In this document: positions 1-12,627 of the stretch, piece after piece | Numbering within the stretch: the first letter of the stretch is position 1 | Layout: every line of letters begins with the position of its first letter | Source: Squalus acanthias | Lineage: Eukaryota | Direction of reading: 5' to 3' | Length of the DNA stretch: 64,000 nucleotides | NCBI GenBank assembly: GCA_030390025.1 | Contig: CM059432.1 | Location: 40,240,001 to 40,304,000, forward strand | The notes under the pieces: generated by a model | The model's database searches: none | Seen by the model: only the letters and a program-made list of their open reading frames with translations | Told to the model about the DNA's origin: nothing | Translations under genes and position numbers: made by a program

Positions 1-424
1 CACTTGAAGGATAGCTATGTGGACAAGATACCAAAGAAGTTCTGGTACCAGTGGAACTGTATGCCAATACGAGTCCTCAGTTTCTGGAGAGAAGGTGAGA
101 AAATTGAGTTATGGGGAAGATACTTAAAATGTGGAAACCATATAAAAACAACTCAAAAGTAACAAGAAATAACATTTCTTGAAGTGCCACAAACCAAGTT
201 GACTTGACTAACTACCATTACGCCAATCAAATAATCACACACAATGCTGTTTCTTTTCATGACACTGTACATATACCTAATGAAGGTACTTTATTTTTCA
301 ATAAATGGGAATTATATTTTAATGAATTAGCTCATAATCCTAAATAATTTAAGGATTATCTGATATATTTTCCTTTTTCTTGTTTGTGTTTTATGGTTCA
401 GAATTGCTGCTTAGAGGCAGCCTG

Positions 425-1215
425 GGACCAGATTTTTTGTTTAGAGCTTCTGTTGATGTGACATCATAGCCTCAGGAATCTGCAGGGATTCAGCTGGGCT
501 CCGCCCATAACTTTGGCAGGACACCGGCAGAACTCATTGAAAAACGACAGGGACCCAGTTGCGCCCGGTCTCTTGTGTTTCCAGGACTTTCCAACCTGCC
601 TTGTAAGGGCAGAACCTCCATCCACCCCTTACAAGGCAAGTGTCATCAGGGGATGGAGCCAGGGCGAGAGACTCGCTACGCTGGGAGTTCTCACATCCTC
701 ATTTTATTCAGGACTCGTTGTCGGACTGGACGCTGGTATGCCCAGTGAGATGAGACATATCAGCTTCCAGATGGCTGTAAATGGGTCAGGCAAGTGGTCT
801 AGACTCCCAACAGCAAAAATTGTCTTTTTCAAATGTCTTGATCGGCCTCCTCACACAGGGTGCTAAAGAGGTCATGACTGGGGTCTGCGGGTAGGGAGGC
901 GGGACCTAGGGAACTCCCACCCCTAATGACGCCAAGGCGCTGGATTTTCTAACTGTATGGTGTAGTAGGTGCTGGAGTGGAGACCACAGTGGTCTTTGTG
1001 CCTGCCTGCCCGCCCAATGCAAATTGGGTGCCTTCCCACAAACTCCAGTTGGATTAGCACTGGAGAGCACCACCATGGATTTCCAGGGCCCATGTTATTC
1101 CTCTCCAGTGACATCATATATAGGAAGGGTTAGCTGATATTAGCATTCGTCATTCGTGATGTCATTGGAGCAGAACATTCTCATAAGGGAAAGCACACTG
1201 CAAAATATCTGCCCC
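425..1215. mobile_element. Possible non-autonomous Harbinger-type element (degenerate TIRs)
   Basis: GC-richer block bounded by GGACCAGATTTTTT (425) and AAAATATCTGCCCC (1202-1215), 11/14 inverted match, resembling the TIRs of other Harbinger ends in the window; no TSD seen. Confidence 0.35.
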
Positions 1216-1604
1216 AAACTTCCTCTGACCACCAGTTCAATAGATTAATCTAAGTACAAATGAAAAACACGAGCATGTACACGGGTGTTTATTTTTATAA
1301 CACTTAGGAATTATGGAGCAATTCCATAATGCTCCATTTTTCCTTTAACAACATGAATTGGTTATTGTATAAATAGACTACAGCATGGGTCTTTATATAA
1401 CCTGCAAATGACTCAGGAACTCTTCTGAACTGTGCCACTCATGTTAGACAATTGAGTGCTGCTATATGATGCCATGCCAAGATCAAATGGCATCCTCTAT
1501 GCATTACACCACTGAGCTGGGATTTTTCTTTAGGTCTTGGGTTTGGCATAGATTCTAACACAATATTATCATTGTGGGTTTTTTTTTAAATAGTCAGTAA
1601 GGTA

Positions 1605-1926
1605 GATGCATTGAAACTATTTCTCTGGTGAGGGAATCCAGAACCAGAGGGCATAATCTTAAAATTAGAGCTAGGCCATTTAAGAGTGAAATCAGGAAGC
1701 ACTTTTTCCACACAACAGGAAGTGGAATCTGGAATTCGCTCCCCAAAAAGCTATGGATGTTGGGTCAATTTAAATTTTTAAGACTGAGATCAATAGACTT
1801 GTGTTAGGTAAAGGGATCAAGGGATATGGATCAAAGACAGGTAAATGGAGTTGAGATACAGATCAGCAATGATCTAATTGAAAGGCAGAACAGACTCAAG
1901 GGGCTGAATGGCCATCTATTCCTATG
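1605..1926 (+). mobile_element. CR1 LINE 3' fragment
   Basis: Typical CR1 ORF2 end and tail (...GATCAGCAATGATCTAATTGAA...GGGGCTGAATGGCC...CCTATG), shared with other CR1 copies here such as 47640-47941. Confidence 0.8.
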
Positions 1927-3416
1927 AGCCACTGTATAGTTTTTATGTGAGATATGCTTCTGTACTGCAGGGACTATTTTGTATCTTGCTGTAGAATCAC
2001 AGAACTAAAATCTCAGTCTATTTGCAGCAGCTTCATTAAAGTAACCTTCATTAAAGAAGAATTGGTAAGAAAAATCTAAATTTAAAGCATTTTGCATTAT
2101 CCAAATACTGAATAGGTATGTGGAGTTGAAAATACATTCTACTTGATTTTAAGGCTTTGATAACTCATTCACAGAATAATTTCTGCATTTTTTCATTGGT
2201 GCCCTACTAAGTATTCTCTATATATATTTCAGAACAATTTCTCCCAAGTTATTTTCTGCTTCCAGCAGCTACTGGCTGCAAATTTGAGACATCTGTCTTA
2301 GGTGCAATTGTGTCCAGCTGCACCTTATTGTGCAGCTGAATTTATGGCCCTCATTTATATAACTTCAACATTTTTCCGTCTACTACATACTGCGTAATAA
2401 TGATTGCTCTTTTCCAAAGACTTACCGCAGAATACATGCAATTAAAACATCTGAGAATTAAGCAAAAATAAAATAAATATAGAATACATCTTTTAAACTA
2501 CATCACTTGTAGAAAAAAAGCAAGAACTTATTTCCATGGTATACTATTTTGCATATATGTAGCCAGGGCCTATCCTGTCCCCTTCCAGTGGTACACATAC
2601 TTTCCAGCAGTGGTAATTGGATGATAATCAGGATTCCCCTCCCTAACCGAGGGACACTGAGGTCAATTGTAGCATTTCCATCCTTCACGACATGGCTAAG
2701 ATCATCTGACAGCAGAAACCAGAGATCGAACTTGAAATTAATCTGTATGATATAGTCCTATACGAAACTGTCGATTTACCCACTCTCGCATGGTTCATTG
2801 TACTATGGCATTTGATAAGTAAAATTCCTGATTATAAATTGATTCCCCTCTTTCCCCCCTCATTTTAAAAGTCAATGCTAATGCAATTGTATAATAAAAT
2901 GGAAATTACTGTAGGAATTATTGTAAAAACATTAGTGCTTCAACATCACTAATGCTGAATAAAAAGTTTTAGCTTGAACCTTTTTAACTTATGAAATGTC
3001 CCGTCCTTCAAGCTGGTTCAAGGGTTAGATTTTATTCTATTAACATTTTAAAGGTGTGGTGTATTTCAATTACACAGAGATGTTTATTGTAATCTTTTGA
3101 AACCTTGCATTTTATACATAGTTTATATATATATTCATCAGCCTTTAAAATGTGGCACAATGTGGTGTTCGGAAAATCCAGTCGATGTATAGCCTAATGC
3201 ACTGTTTCTTCTTGATTTATGAGTTCTTTTTGTACAACTATATATAATCTGCAGTGTTGGTTATAAAATAAAACTAATAAATGTAATTCCTTTTCTCACC
3301 CTTTCCCGAATACCTGCTTCATTTTTTTAAACTTTAATGCTTTACTACTTGCATGTCCCATTTATTTTCCATTTCCTACTTCTAATACAATTTGACTGTT
3401 GCTTACTGCTTGTTAG

Positions 3417-3759
3417 ATGCTTGCACTGATTGCTCTAGAGATGAAACAAATGGCATAGACAGGGCAACCTCTCCAAATTCAGCCATTTTCTCCTCTTCAA
3501 CCTCTTCTCTTGAGTTGCTTGGCAGTTGTAGTGACCCCTGCTTTCTTCAGCTTGACTCCTGCGCTTTGGAGGAGAGCTGGTTCATTACCCCTCCCCCCTG
3601 TTTCACTGCAGGTGGCCATGCCCCAGTGCAGGTGGAGACCAGCCCAATGGAAAATCTTCTTATTGAACACCCCAGCATGTCTGTATATACAGTGCACAAT
3701 GTCCGAAGCAACTTGAGAGAGAACAGCAGGTCTGTTGAATATGAAAATCAAACTATCAG
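3417..3759 (+). CDS. TP53INP1: TP53INP1 internal coding exon
   Basis: Encodes (D)ACTDCSRDE...LEESWFITPPPCFTAGG...VETSPMENLLIEHPSMSVY, the hallmark TP53INP1/DOR-family motifs. Acceptor tgttag at 3411-3416 and donor AG|gtaggt; the end phase fits the next exon. Confidence 0.95.
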
Positions 3760-4361
3760 GTAGGTTTGTAGTAACAATGATGTTGATATTTATGAACTAC
3801 AAATTGGGAGTTTCATTAGAAAGAATAGAACCCCTAATACTATCTTTTTAAAAAGTGGGCATATGTAGTGTATATTGTTTTAAATTACAGAGTTTGAAAA
3901 CTTGATTTTGATTTAACCGAAGCTCTTGAAGTATGGATATCGATGACTCTTGTCATGTTGAGTGATGAACATAGACAATACTAGAACCAGTAATGCCAAC
4001 ACTTGCGAATTAATCGTGAGACGCACGATTTTTAATTTCAAAAAATTGCCCCAACTCACGATCTCACGAGTCAACTGTAAAAAGTCATGATTCTCCTTTT
4101 GAAGCAAGGGGAGGATTTTGAACCGTGTCATGCTGCTGCTGCTGCACCGGAAACAGCTTCAGATTTGAATCCAACAGACCCCGCGCGAGCATTGAAACCA
4201 TTAGTTACCACGGGCCAATAGGAGGAAGGGGTGAAAAATAGCCAATCAAAAATAGACTTCTGGACGCACAGGCGAGGACCAGATCTCTGCGGTCACGTGA
4301 CAGTCAAGGACCAAATCTGAGGCAGGCAGCATGCCTTCACAGAGATTTGGAGTCAAGGAGT

Positions 4362-4590
4362 TCAGTGAGTAAATATATCAGCGAAGGTGCTAAGGAAGGA
4401 GTGAAGGGCTGTCCGATCATAAAGTTTTCGCTTCTCTGGATTTGATAAAACTTCATATGCAAAGCTTATTTCTTTAAACTTGTCTCCAGCATTTGGATTT
4501 TTATCTGGATGGTATTCCTTAGCCAACTTGAGGTATGCCTTCTTGAGCTCGTTCTCTGTGGCTGCAGATGCAACTCCGAGCTGGCGGTCT
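4362..4590 (-). pseudogene. DNAJA2: Intronless DNAJA2 J-domain fragment (processed pseudogene piece)
   Basis: [48 protein letters not shown] is nearly identical to the vertebrate DNAJA2 J-domain (HPD motif); truncated at both ends. Confidence 0.85.
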
Positions 4591-5070
4591 GCCATGAGGC
4601 AAGCTACAGTTGGTTGTAATGGTGTACCAGAATGATTAATCCATGGTGGATTGTGAACTTGGTGATGATACTTGGAGTGATATTCAGGTAAATATTAGAC
4701 TTCTTGTACAGAGACTGAGAGACTCCATCTGAAAGATTAGGGAGCTGGGAGAGACGGAAGAATTTTGTACTCAGAGTGAGAGAGCGCATTAGAGGACCAG
4801 AGAACGAGGTAGGTAGGAATCAGTGCAAAACAGGCGGTATCCCACCGGTCGCCTGTTACACTCCCCGCCCGATAATCAGTTTTATTGACTTCAATGGGTT
4901 CCAGAAGCTATTACAGTAGCAAAGGTTTCTGTGCAACCATGGGCACCGGCAGTTTATAGGGGAGAGGAGGCTCACTTACAGAAGTGATATATGTGTAACG
5001 GCCACTATCCTTCTCATTTTTCTTTTCTTTTTATTTTCTCTCCCTCATTACCTGTGCCCTTTCAAGCAGT

Positions 5071-5244
5071 GGAGTTGATCTTGACTCTGTGCCATAGTGT
5101 GAAGCGGGTGATAGCAAGTCAGCAGCCCGTTTTACATCTCGCCCCATTTTTATTTACATTGAAGTCAATGGGAGAGATGTAAAACAAGCTCCTGACTCAC
5201 TATCACCCATTTTACACCATTGCACAAAGTCAAAAATCTACCCC
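5071..5244. mobile_element. Palindromic MITE with 3-bp TSD (Harbinger-type)
   Basis: Whole 174 bp is an imperfect inverted repeat centred near CATTGAAGTCAATG; ends GGAGTTGATCTTGAC / GTCAAAAATCTACCCC; AGT on both flanks. Confidence 0.75.
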
Positions 5245-7786
5245 AGTGAACTAGAACTACCTGCTCAGCCCAGATTTGGCTGGGGATGGGGAAAGAGGGG
5301 GGGGGGGGTCCACTCTCTCTCTCTTTCTCTCTCTCTGTCTCATAGAAACTCCCTGTCTTACCCTCTCCCTGTCTCGCCCGCTCGCTCTCGCTCTCTCTCC
5401 GTCCAGTATTTCCCCAATGGGTGAGGTTGGGAACCCGTTGCCTGGGGTTCATTGGCCGTGGACTTGTGCCAAAGCAATTCAATGACACCTCCGTATCCCA
5501 GTGCATACTGGACATGGTGCCACTCTCCATGTTCCATTTGGTAATGCTTCACCAGTAATGCTAACTCGCTCGAATTAATCGTAAGACACGTGATTTTTAA
5601 TGAAAATTTACCCCAACTTGCGAAGGGTTGTGATAATGGGTAGGGTTTTTTAAAAAATGTTGTAAAGCTTTTTCAGATGCGGTAATATCGTTTTTGTAAA
5701 GAGCTGTGACCTGTTAGAGATTAAATAAAGCCACTAATGAGGTTTATAAACCAAAAAATACCAACTCATGATTTCTTACCAAATCTCATGATTTTTAAGA
5801 CTTTGTCGCATGCTTTATGAGATGGTGGGGTTGACATTAATGCTAGAACTGAAATAGGGTCCTAAGTAATGGAAAGTGTATTGTAGTCCCAATATTTCTT
5901 CTAAAAATAGATCTATTGCAATCTTGAAACTGCACTGTTGGATCAATATCTAGATTTTTAGCTATGCTCCCCATCCTCCTCCCCACATCTTGACCTAACA
6001 GTTAAGGAATGCAAATTACAAAGTAATATGAAAGCTGCACCTTGATTGTGCAGCTGTATTTTTATTAGTATTGGTAGAAAATTTGACATGTATCAAAGCA
6101 AAAAGTAAGTTCCCAAATATGCAAGACATTTTTTTTGATCTACATTATTTCAAGCTTTAACACTAACTCAAATCTAGGTGGGTGAAGAACAATGACTTCC
6201 TTTCCTGACTAGCTGCCATTTAGTAAATTAGTTTACTGGTGTTGCTATCTGGGAAAAGGAATTTGCAGTAAGGTTGGTCAGTTTACTCTGACATTGAGGT
6301 CGAAAGAAAGACTTTACGAGCAGAGACAATATGCTAAGGTAAACATTCTGTACCTAGTTTTACATTTTCAAAGTACATTTATGGGGAAATGCTCAGCATC
6401 TGCCTGCAATTTCCATTTTCCTCTTCTGCTGCCCTCAGATCTAAGATGGGGAACTCACTTTTGAGGCATCACAGCTGCAGATCTACATTCTCCTGTTCTT
6501 GACTGTAGAAAATTGATCGACCAATTAGCCTTGGTGCCATTTCTTTATTTTTGTGTTCATCAATGGTGAGGGATGTTAGTGCTAGGAAGTGGAACTCTTC
6601 TCACTTCAGGCATCAGTGTCAGCAGCAAGCTCTCAGTTCAGCTATAATGCAGCCTGGAGTAGAATGAAGCTCCTTATGCTCTGTCCTAACAATGTGCCTC
6701 AGGTCCTCTGAGAAGTCCCTACTGCACCAATGTGGCATTTTTTCCATTACCCACACCATGCAATCTTGTGAGCAGGATTGCCAATGCGTAGCAAATTAGT
6801 GGCAGCTTTGTGATGTAGGGCCATTCCCACTAGGAACTGCTTTGAAGCTATTACCTTTTAAAAAAAATTATTCATAAAATGTTCTTGTTTGACAACCAAG
6901 GTATATGTTTGTGGAGGAGTAGGGAAAATATAGATGTTAAGATGGGGGTCCTGATCAGATTAAAAACCTTTGTGGAGTAAATAATAACTGGCTACTTGAC
7001 AATCGCACTAAAAGGATAGCTTCTAAAACTTAAACTTATTTTAGTTATTGCTAAATACAAGAGGAACATGGCTGCATTTTGTTTGTTGCCATCAGTGTGC
7101 AGCAGTTATGAATGATTAGTGTGTAATATGAGAATGAAGTATTCCTTAGTAGACAACATTTCAGATAAAATAAGATGGTGTGAGCCTTTTTTAACGTATA
7201 TGTTCAGCAGTTTTTTTTAACATCGATGTGTTTAAAATTTAAGAAAAAGATCTCCCAAGGGGTTTGTTAAAGGGAGAATTGGATCCATATGGTTCAGCTA
7301 TCCTTTTGTTACTTTTCTTCTGTCTGTAACGCTACTGTGATATTTTTGCAGCTGTTTTTTATTCCTCTGGTCAGAGCACTCTGCAGTGTCATTGGCACTT
7401 GCATAATCTGTTCAAACTGAGCTATAAAATCAAGCTGTTTCCAGAAAGGAAGTTCTTTGATTAAGCTGGCTGCACATAGCACTGCTGTTAGAGTGTCTGC
7501 AGATTTCTAACTTGGAGAAGGTCTCAATAGGACATGATCTTGGGAGCATTATATTTATTTGACATGCTTACAATGACAATGTGTTATGGTTATGCAGTGA
7601 AAGAAAATTAACCTATATTCCGCAGACAGTAATTAATCAGTGTGGCCATTGGGATGGTTTGAGACAGCCAACAGCATTCCTCATGAATATCACTACCTGT
7701 GATTAAACATGAATATTGTGAAATGATTTAATTGTATAATTTGAACTCCTCCGAATACTTAAGGCTACATAATCCTAATATATTCT

Positions 7787-10220
7787 ATGCTAGACTTTGT
7801 GGCCAAGAAAGCCCCCCTCTTACTGCTGGCATTTAAGCCCGGTTTTGGCAGACAATTGGCAGCCGGCTTGCTTCCGGACACTTTTGGCGCGGGCCGTGGC
7901 GGTCACCATTTTAGGCAGGTTGGTAGTGCGGCCATTGCTTGCGTTTGGCAGAAAAAAGCAAATGAGGCAGATCGTGACGCCAATCAGCGTGCAGTGCTGA
8001 GTTGACACACGATCTGCTATTTTGGACGTCGCTGCTCGACTGTACGCCTTTTCCAAAGCACACACAGCTGAACATGCATGAGGTACCCCCCCCCCCCACC
8101 TGCGATATTTAAAGGGATCATCAACAACTTTCTTTTTGATTTCTACTGGCTCTGTTTAAGTTTGTGGAACTGTTTGGAGCTTTCTGGAGTTATTTGAAGT
8201 TGGTGAGGTGACAGGGAGTGGTGCTGCAATTAGAGAAGGCCTTACTTCTGAATTCAAGGGATCTGGTCAGACCATAGAATCATAGAATGGTTACAGCACA
8301 GAAGGAGGCCATTCGGCCCATCGAGCCCGTGCTGACTCTCTGCAAGAGCACTTCAGCTAGTCCCACTCCCCTGTCCTTTCCCCGTAGCCCTGCAAATTTT
8401 TTTCCTTCAGGTACTTATCCAATTCCCTTTTGAAAGCCACGATTGAATCTGCCTCCACCATCCTTTCAGGCAGTGCATTGCAGATCCTAACCACTCACTG
8501 TGTAAAAAAAGTTTTTCCTCATGTTGCCTTTGGTTCTTCTGCCAATCACTTGTTTCCAGTCATGGGAGCTCTGCTTGCAGTCCCCCACGCACTACAGCAT
8601 GGCATGAAGATGGTGCAGAGGCAGGAAAGAAGAGGACAAGCTGCTTGCAGAGGGAGGAGGAGGAGGAGGGCTCTCAGCAAGAGGCCTTACCCACCAAGGG
8701 TCTTCAAAAAGCACTTCTCCTACCTGCACTTAAGCCAGGAGCAGTGTGTCCGGAGGGGCCGCTTCACCAAGGAGGTGGTCACAGAACTCTGTCACCTCTT
8801 GGAGCCAGACCTGCAGCCTCAGAGCAGGGCAACGACGGCGCTGCCAGTGGTTCTCAAGGTGACCGTGGCCCTGAATTTTTTTGCCTCCGGTTCCTTCCAG
8901 TCTGGAGCAGGTGACATAGCTAACATCTCCCAGTTCGCCATCCATCACTGCATCCGGGAGGTCACAAAGTCTCTGTATTCCAGGAGAAGGGACTTCATTG
9001 TCTTCTCTCTGAATACCTTCATCCTGCACCAGTCCGCTGTACAAGCAATCTTCCAGCCACCACGTTGAACCTGAGGGTGGCTGCTCGAAGACCAGGGCTA
9101 TCCGCTCTACACCTGGCTGATGACTCTCCTCCGCAACCCCACCACTCGTGGCCAACTGCCGCGAGGAACCTCATTGAGAAAACCATTAGGGTGCTGAGAC
9201 AACGGTTCCGCTGCCTTGTGAGCTCAGGAGGAGCCCTCCAGTACACAACGGAGTGGGTGTACCATTTCGAGGTGGTCTGCTGCATCCTACACAACTTGGC
9301 CATCATGAGGGCACAGCCCTTACCACCACTGGTTCCGCGACCACCTCAGGAGGAAGAGGAGGAGGTAAGCAACAAATCCCCGTTCCGGATGGGCTGTCCA
9401 TGAACGCCTCATCAGACTCTGGTTCCAATGAATGAAACCCCAGATCCCTGTTGCACAACACTTCCCCATCTTACCATCCCTCTGTCACGAAACATCACCG
9501 CGTCCTTTTGGGCACAAAGCTGAAATGAAAGCAACCACAAAACAAACATTTCAAACATAATTTATAAATGTATATTTCAAATCTTAGATAATAAAATCAA
9601 CTAATCACTCTTGTGCATTCCCTTAGTGTCTGTCTTTCGTGTTCCTTTGCCTATTCTAGTGCTCCTACGCAGTGCTACCCCTGTGTCTGCAGCATGGCTG
9701 GTGGAAGGCTGCTGACTTTCCGATGGGGGACACGGCCTTGCAGGATGACCTTGAGCAGTATGAATGCTGTCATCCTGAGAGAGGACAGCAGGTTCTTGCT
9801 CCACGGAGCCACTGCCACTCCCCCGGGGGGGGGGGGTCTCAGCATTCCTAGCCATGTGGTGGCCCCTTTCCACAGCTACTCATTTCCCCCTGGCCTGGCT
9901 GCAGCCCACTTTTGCCCAGTGACTCACCACGTGCAGATCCCACCTCTATACTACCCTCAAGTTTGCGCAGTGCCATTTTCTGAGCTGGTGCCTGGGAATG
10001 TCAGATCGAGTGATGGTGCCTCTTCTTCTCCATCACTCTCCTCCTCTAGTTGTCGTGCACTGGCTGGGTTGCTGGCAGTTCTTGGGTATCTGAAAGGAGA
10101 AAGGCACAAGGTTCGGGTTGTATTGAGGGGAAGGGGGGAGGGGACAGCAAGATGTGCATGCTTACACCATCAGCAGCTTGTAAGTGAGAAGAGATTGTGC
10201 GATGAGGGGGAAGTAGATAA
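7787..10220 (+). mobile_element. PIF/Harbinger copy A (decayed; transposase + at ~8560-9432, Myb-gene 3' remnant - at ~9600-10210)
   Basis: ORFs read RRPYPPRVF...[14 protein letters not shown]...ISQFAIHHCIREVT and NLIEKTIRVLRQRFRCL...GGALQY (HARBI1-like) with an internal deletion; degenerate TIR ATGCTAGACTTT. Confidence 0.85.
8276..8545 (-). mobile_element. CR1 LINE 3' fragment inserted in Harbinger copy A
   Basis: CATAGAATCATAGAAT tail repeat followed by the reverse complement of the CR1 ORF2 end; similar to 43700-43930. Confidence 0.85.
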
Positions 10221-10540
10221 AAACTTTGGCCTAGAGATTGGATATGGCTACAAAACGGGAAGTGTTAAGGCCCAACGATGTTAAGCTGTGCCATGTCAAA
10301 ATGATCTAGGTAGCTTACAAAATTCATGCTCAGTCCCCATTAACATGATTATAGTCTTAATTTCAGCGCTAAACTGCTGCTCATCAGCTTAACGCTCAAC
10401 AGGTGGGCCAATATCGGGTGCAGTCTAATTCCCAGTCATGTTTGCTACAGGCTTTATTCAGTACTTAAAGGGGAGGTGCACTGATGCTACAGCACCTCAT
10501 TGTCAGAACTGCAGCTGCAAGACGAAGGTAGTGCAAACCC

Positions 10541-12453
10541 ATGACTGAGTGTCAGCAAAGAGAGAGAGCCTGCAGATTCTTCGACGCGGCTCTTGAGGCA
10601 CTGGTCATGACCGTGGAAAGGAGGCGGGCTGTCCTCTTCCCACACGTTGGCAGAAAGCCCTCACCACCCACCTCTCGAAGACTCTGGCAAGAGATAGCCG
10701 CCTATATGATGGCTATCCAGTGCCGATAGAAGTTTAATGACCTCACACGCTAGGTCAAGGTGAGTGAAGGCTTCAGCAAATACCATATCCCTCCATCTGC
10801 ATCACAAGCCTCACACACTCCCAGCACTCACCTACCAACAATCTCTGCCTATTACCACTCAAACCTCACAATCATAGCTTCACTTCACCCTCACAACATT
10901 ACCACTGCTCCATCACTCACACCCACATCTCACACCTTGCACACACTGACTAGCTATTCAAGCATGGCAGGCACAGCACCCAAACACATTGCACCACACT
11001 CATTCACACACTTCTCTTTCAGTCCAAGGTTGCGCATAATTGGAGGGAGCAGCACCAGACAGGCGGGGGGCAGGCTGCCATCCACAACCTCAGTCAGCCG
11101 GAGGACAGGGTGCTGGACATCATTGGGCAGCATAGAGGCCATGGCAACTGGCGAGGTTGAACCCCTTGGGGATAACAATGGTATGCTCATTCCTAATCCT
11201 TCTCACATCCCACTTCCCCCTCATCCTAAAATCTCTTCTCACTTTCAAGCTGCTAATGCTGTATGCACGCATATCTTTCTTTCCCGCCCCTCCCCTCACT
11301 ATAACCCGACTCTTGTGCCTTTCTGCTTTCAGAAAATCAATAACAATGAGCAGCCTGTCCTCGAGGCGACACGCAAGAGCGAGGGGGAAGAAGAAGAAGA
11401 CACAGCGCCACTGCATCTGCCACTCGCAGACAACAGCTCATAAAATGGGACTGCGAGTAATTTAGAGGCTAGTGTAGAAGCGGGATCTGCACAGGGTGAG
11501 GCACCGGGCACGAGTGGGCTGCAGCAAGGCCAGGGGGAAAGGGTGCTTGGGGGGACAGCTCCCCAGAGGGCAAGTTTGTGCGTGAGTTCTGCTGCACAGG
11601 CCTCGGCTGAGGACTTTGATGGGGCGGCCTTCAGAAGAAGGGTGATGGACATGCACACTGAATTGCTAGCTGCAATGGCAAGCCTGTCAGCGAGCCTCAT
11701 GGCAATGTCGAGGAGCATGGAGGAGTCCGCCTCCAACATTCCATGGGGCTCTGCGCGGAGCTTGGAGCCCAAGATTTCCAGGCTGGAAATGATGGAAAAT
11801 TCTAGGAGAGACCATGTCGACCCAAACATCATAGTGCGTGTGATGGCCGATGTCGCGGCTGCTATTGCAGCACAGGCGGACGCGACCCAAAGTCTTAGTG
11901 CTGCAGCGGAAGCACAGACTGCCCTCACGAAGTCTCGGCTTGATGCCAGCCAAGTTCAAATCGTTGTCATGCAATGTCAGCTTTGTGCCATCCAAGCTCA
12001 GACTGCTGCCATCGTGGCTGGGTTTACCAGTGTCGACCAGGGCATGCAGTGTGTCGCAGCAGCCCAGCAATCTGTGCTCTGACAAGATTGCTAGGAATGC
12101 TGAGGCACCACCCCAGGGGAGTGGCAGCGGTTCAGTGGAGCAGGACCCTGCTGCCCTCTCTCAGGATGACAGCATTCCTTTTCCCACCATTGCCACTCCA
12201 CCATTGCCCTTGCCGCTGCCAGCCAGCCCAGACTGCTGCTGCCCATGCCAAGGTAGTGCAGTCTACAGCCAGGCCTTCTAGGGCCAGAGCTGCTTGAGGT
12301 CATCCTGCAAGACCATCTGAAGTCTCCCCCATGGAAACTCAGCTGCCTTCCACCAACCATGCTGCAGCCACTGGGGGAGCATTTCATAGGAGCACTAAAT
12401 CAGGAAAGGGCACCCGAACGACAGGCACTAAGGGATTGCACAAGGGTAATTAG
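10541..12453 (+). pseudogene. Harbinger Myb/SANT-like DNA-binding gene, 3 exons (10541-10759, 11023-11180, 11333-12453), disrupted
   Basis: RF.D.ALEALV...LF...W.EIA...QCR.KFNDL Myb/SANT (MSANTD/NAIF1-like) motif; exon 2 encodes KVAHN.RE...TGG; GT/AG sites at equivalent positions in other copies; in-frame stops. Confidence 0.85.
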
Positions 12454-12627
12454 TTCATATTGTAAGTGTAAGTATGTGTGAAGTGACTTTGGATAAATTT
12501 ATTAAATTTGTTTGGAATTTTTTGTGGCTTTCATTTCTGCTTTGTGCCCAGGAGGACGCTGTGATATTCCCTGACACAGAAATGGTATGATGGGAAAGTG
12601 GTGAGCAATGGGGATCTGGGATTTCAT

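Larger units (their letters stand above)
3988..5842. mobile_element. Composite non-autonomous DNA transposon (P-like or hAT-like), 13-bp TIR, 7-bp TSD
   Basis: Left TIR CAGTAATGCCAAC (3988-4000) and right TIR GTTGACATTAATG (5830-5842, 11/13). Direct repeat CTAGAAC on both flanks (3981-3987, 5843-5849). A second left end starts at 5553; subterminal CTCAYGA/TCGTGAG-like motifs. Confidence 0.7.

Noticed and set aside
1..100. Possible upstream TP53INP1 exon ending at AAG|GTGAG
   Set aside because: No frame resembles the TP53INP1 N-terminus or its LIR motif (DEWILV); that exon probably lies before the window.
3392..3763. 123-aa stand-alone ORF
   Set aside because: It is the TP53INP1 exon plus intronic flanks; the start and stop lie outside the splice sites.
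11543..12082. Independent coiled-coil or chemoreceptor-like gene (also 25879-26649)
   Set aside because: It is exon 3 of the Harbinger Myb gene, repeated in each copy.
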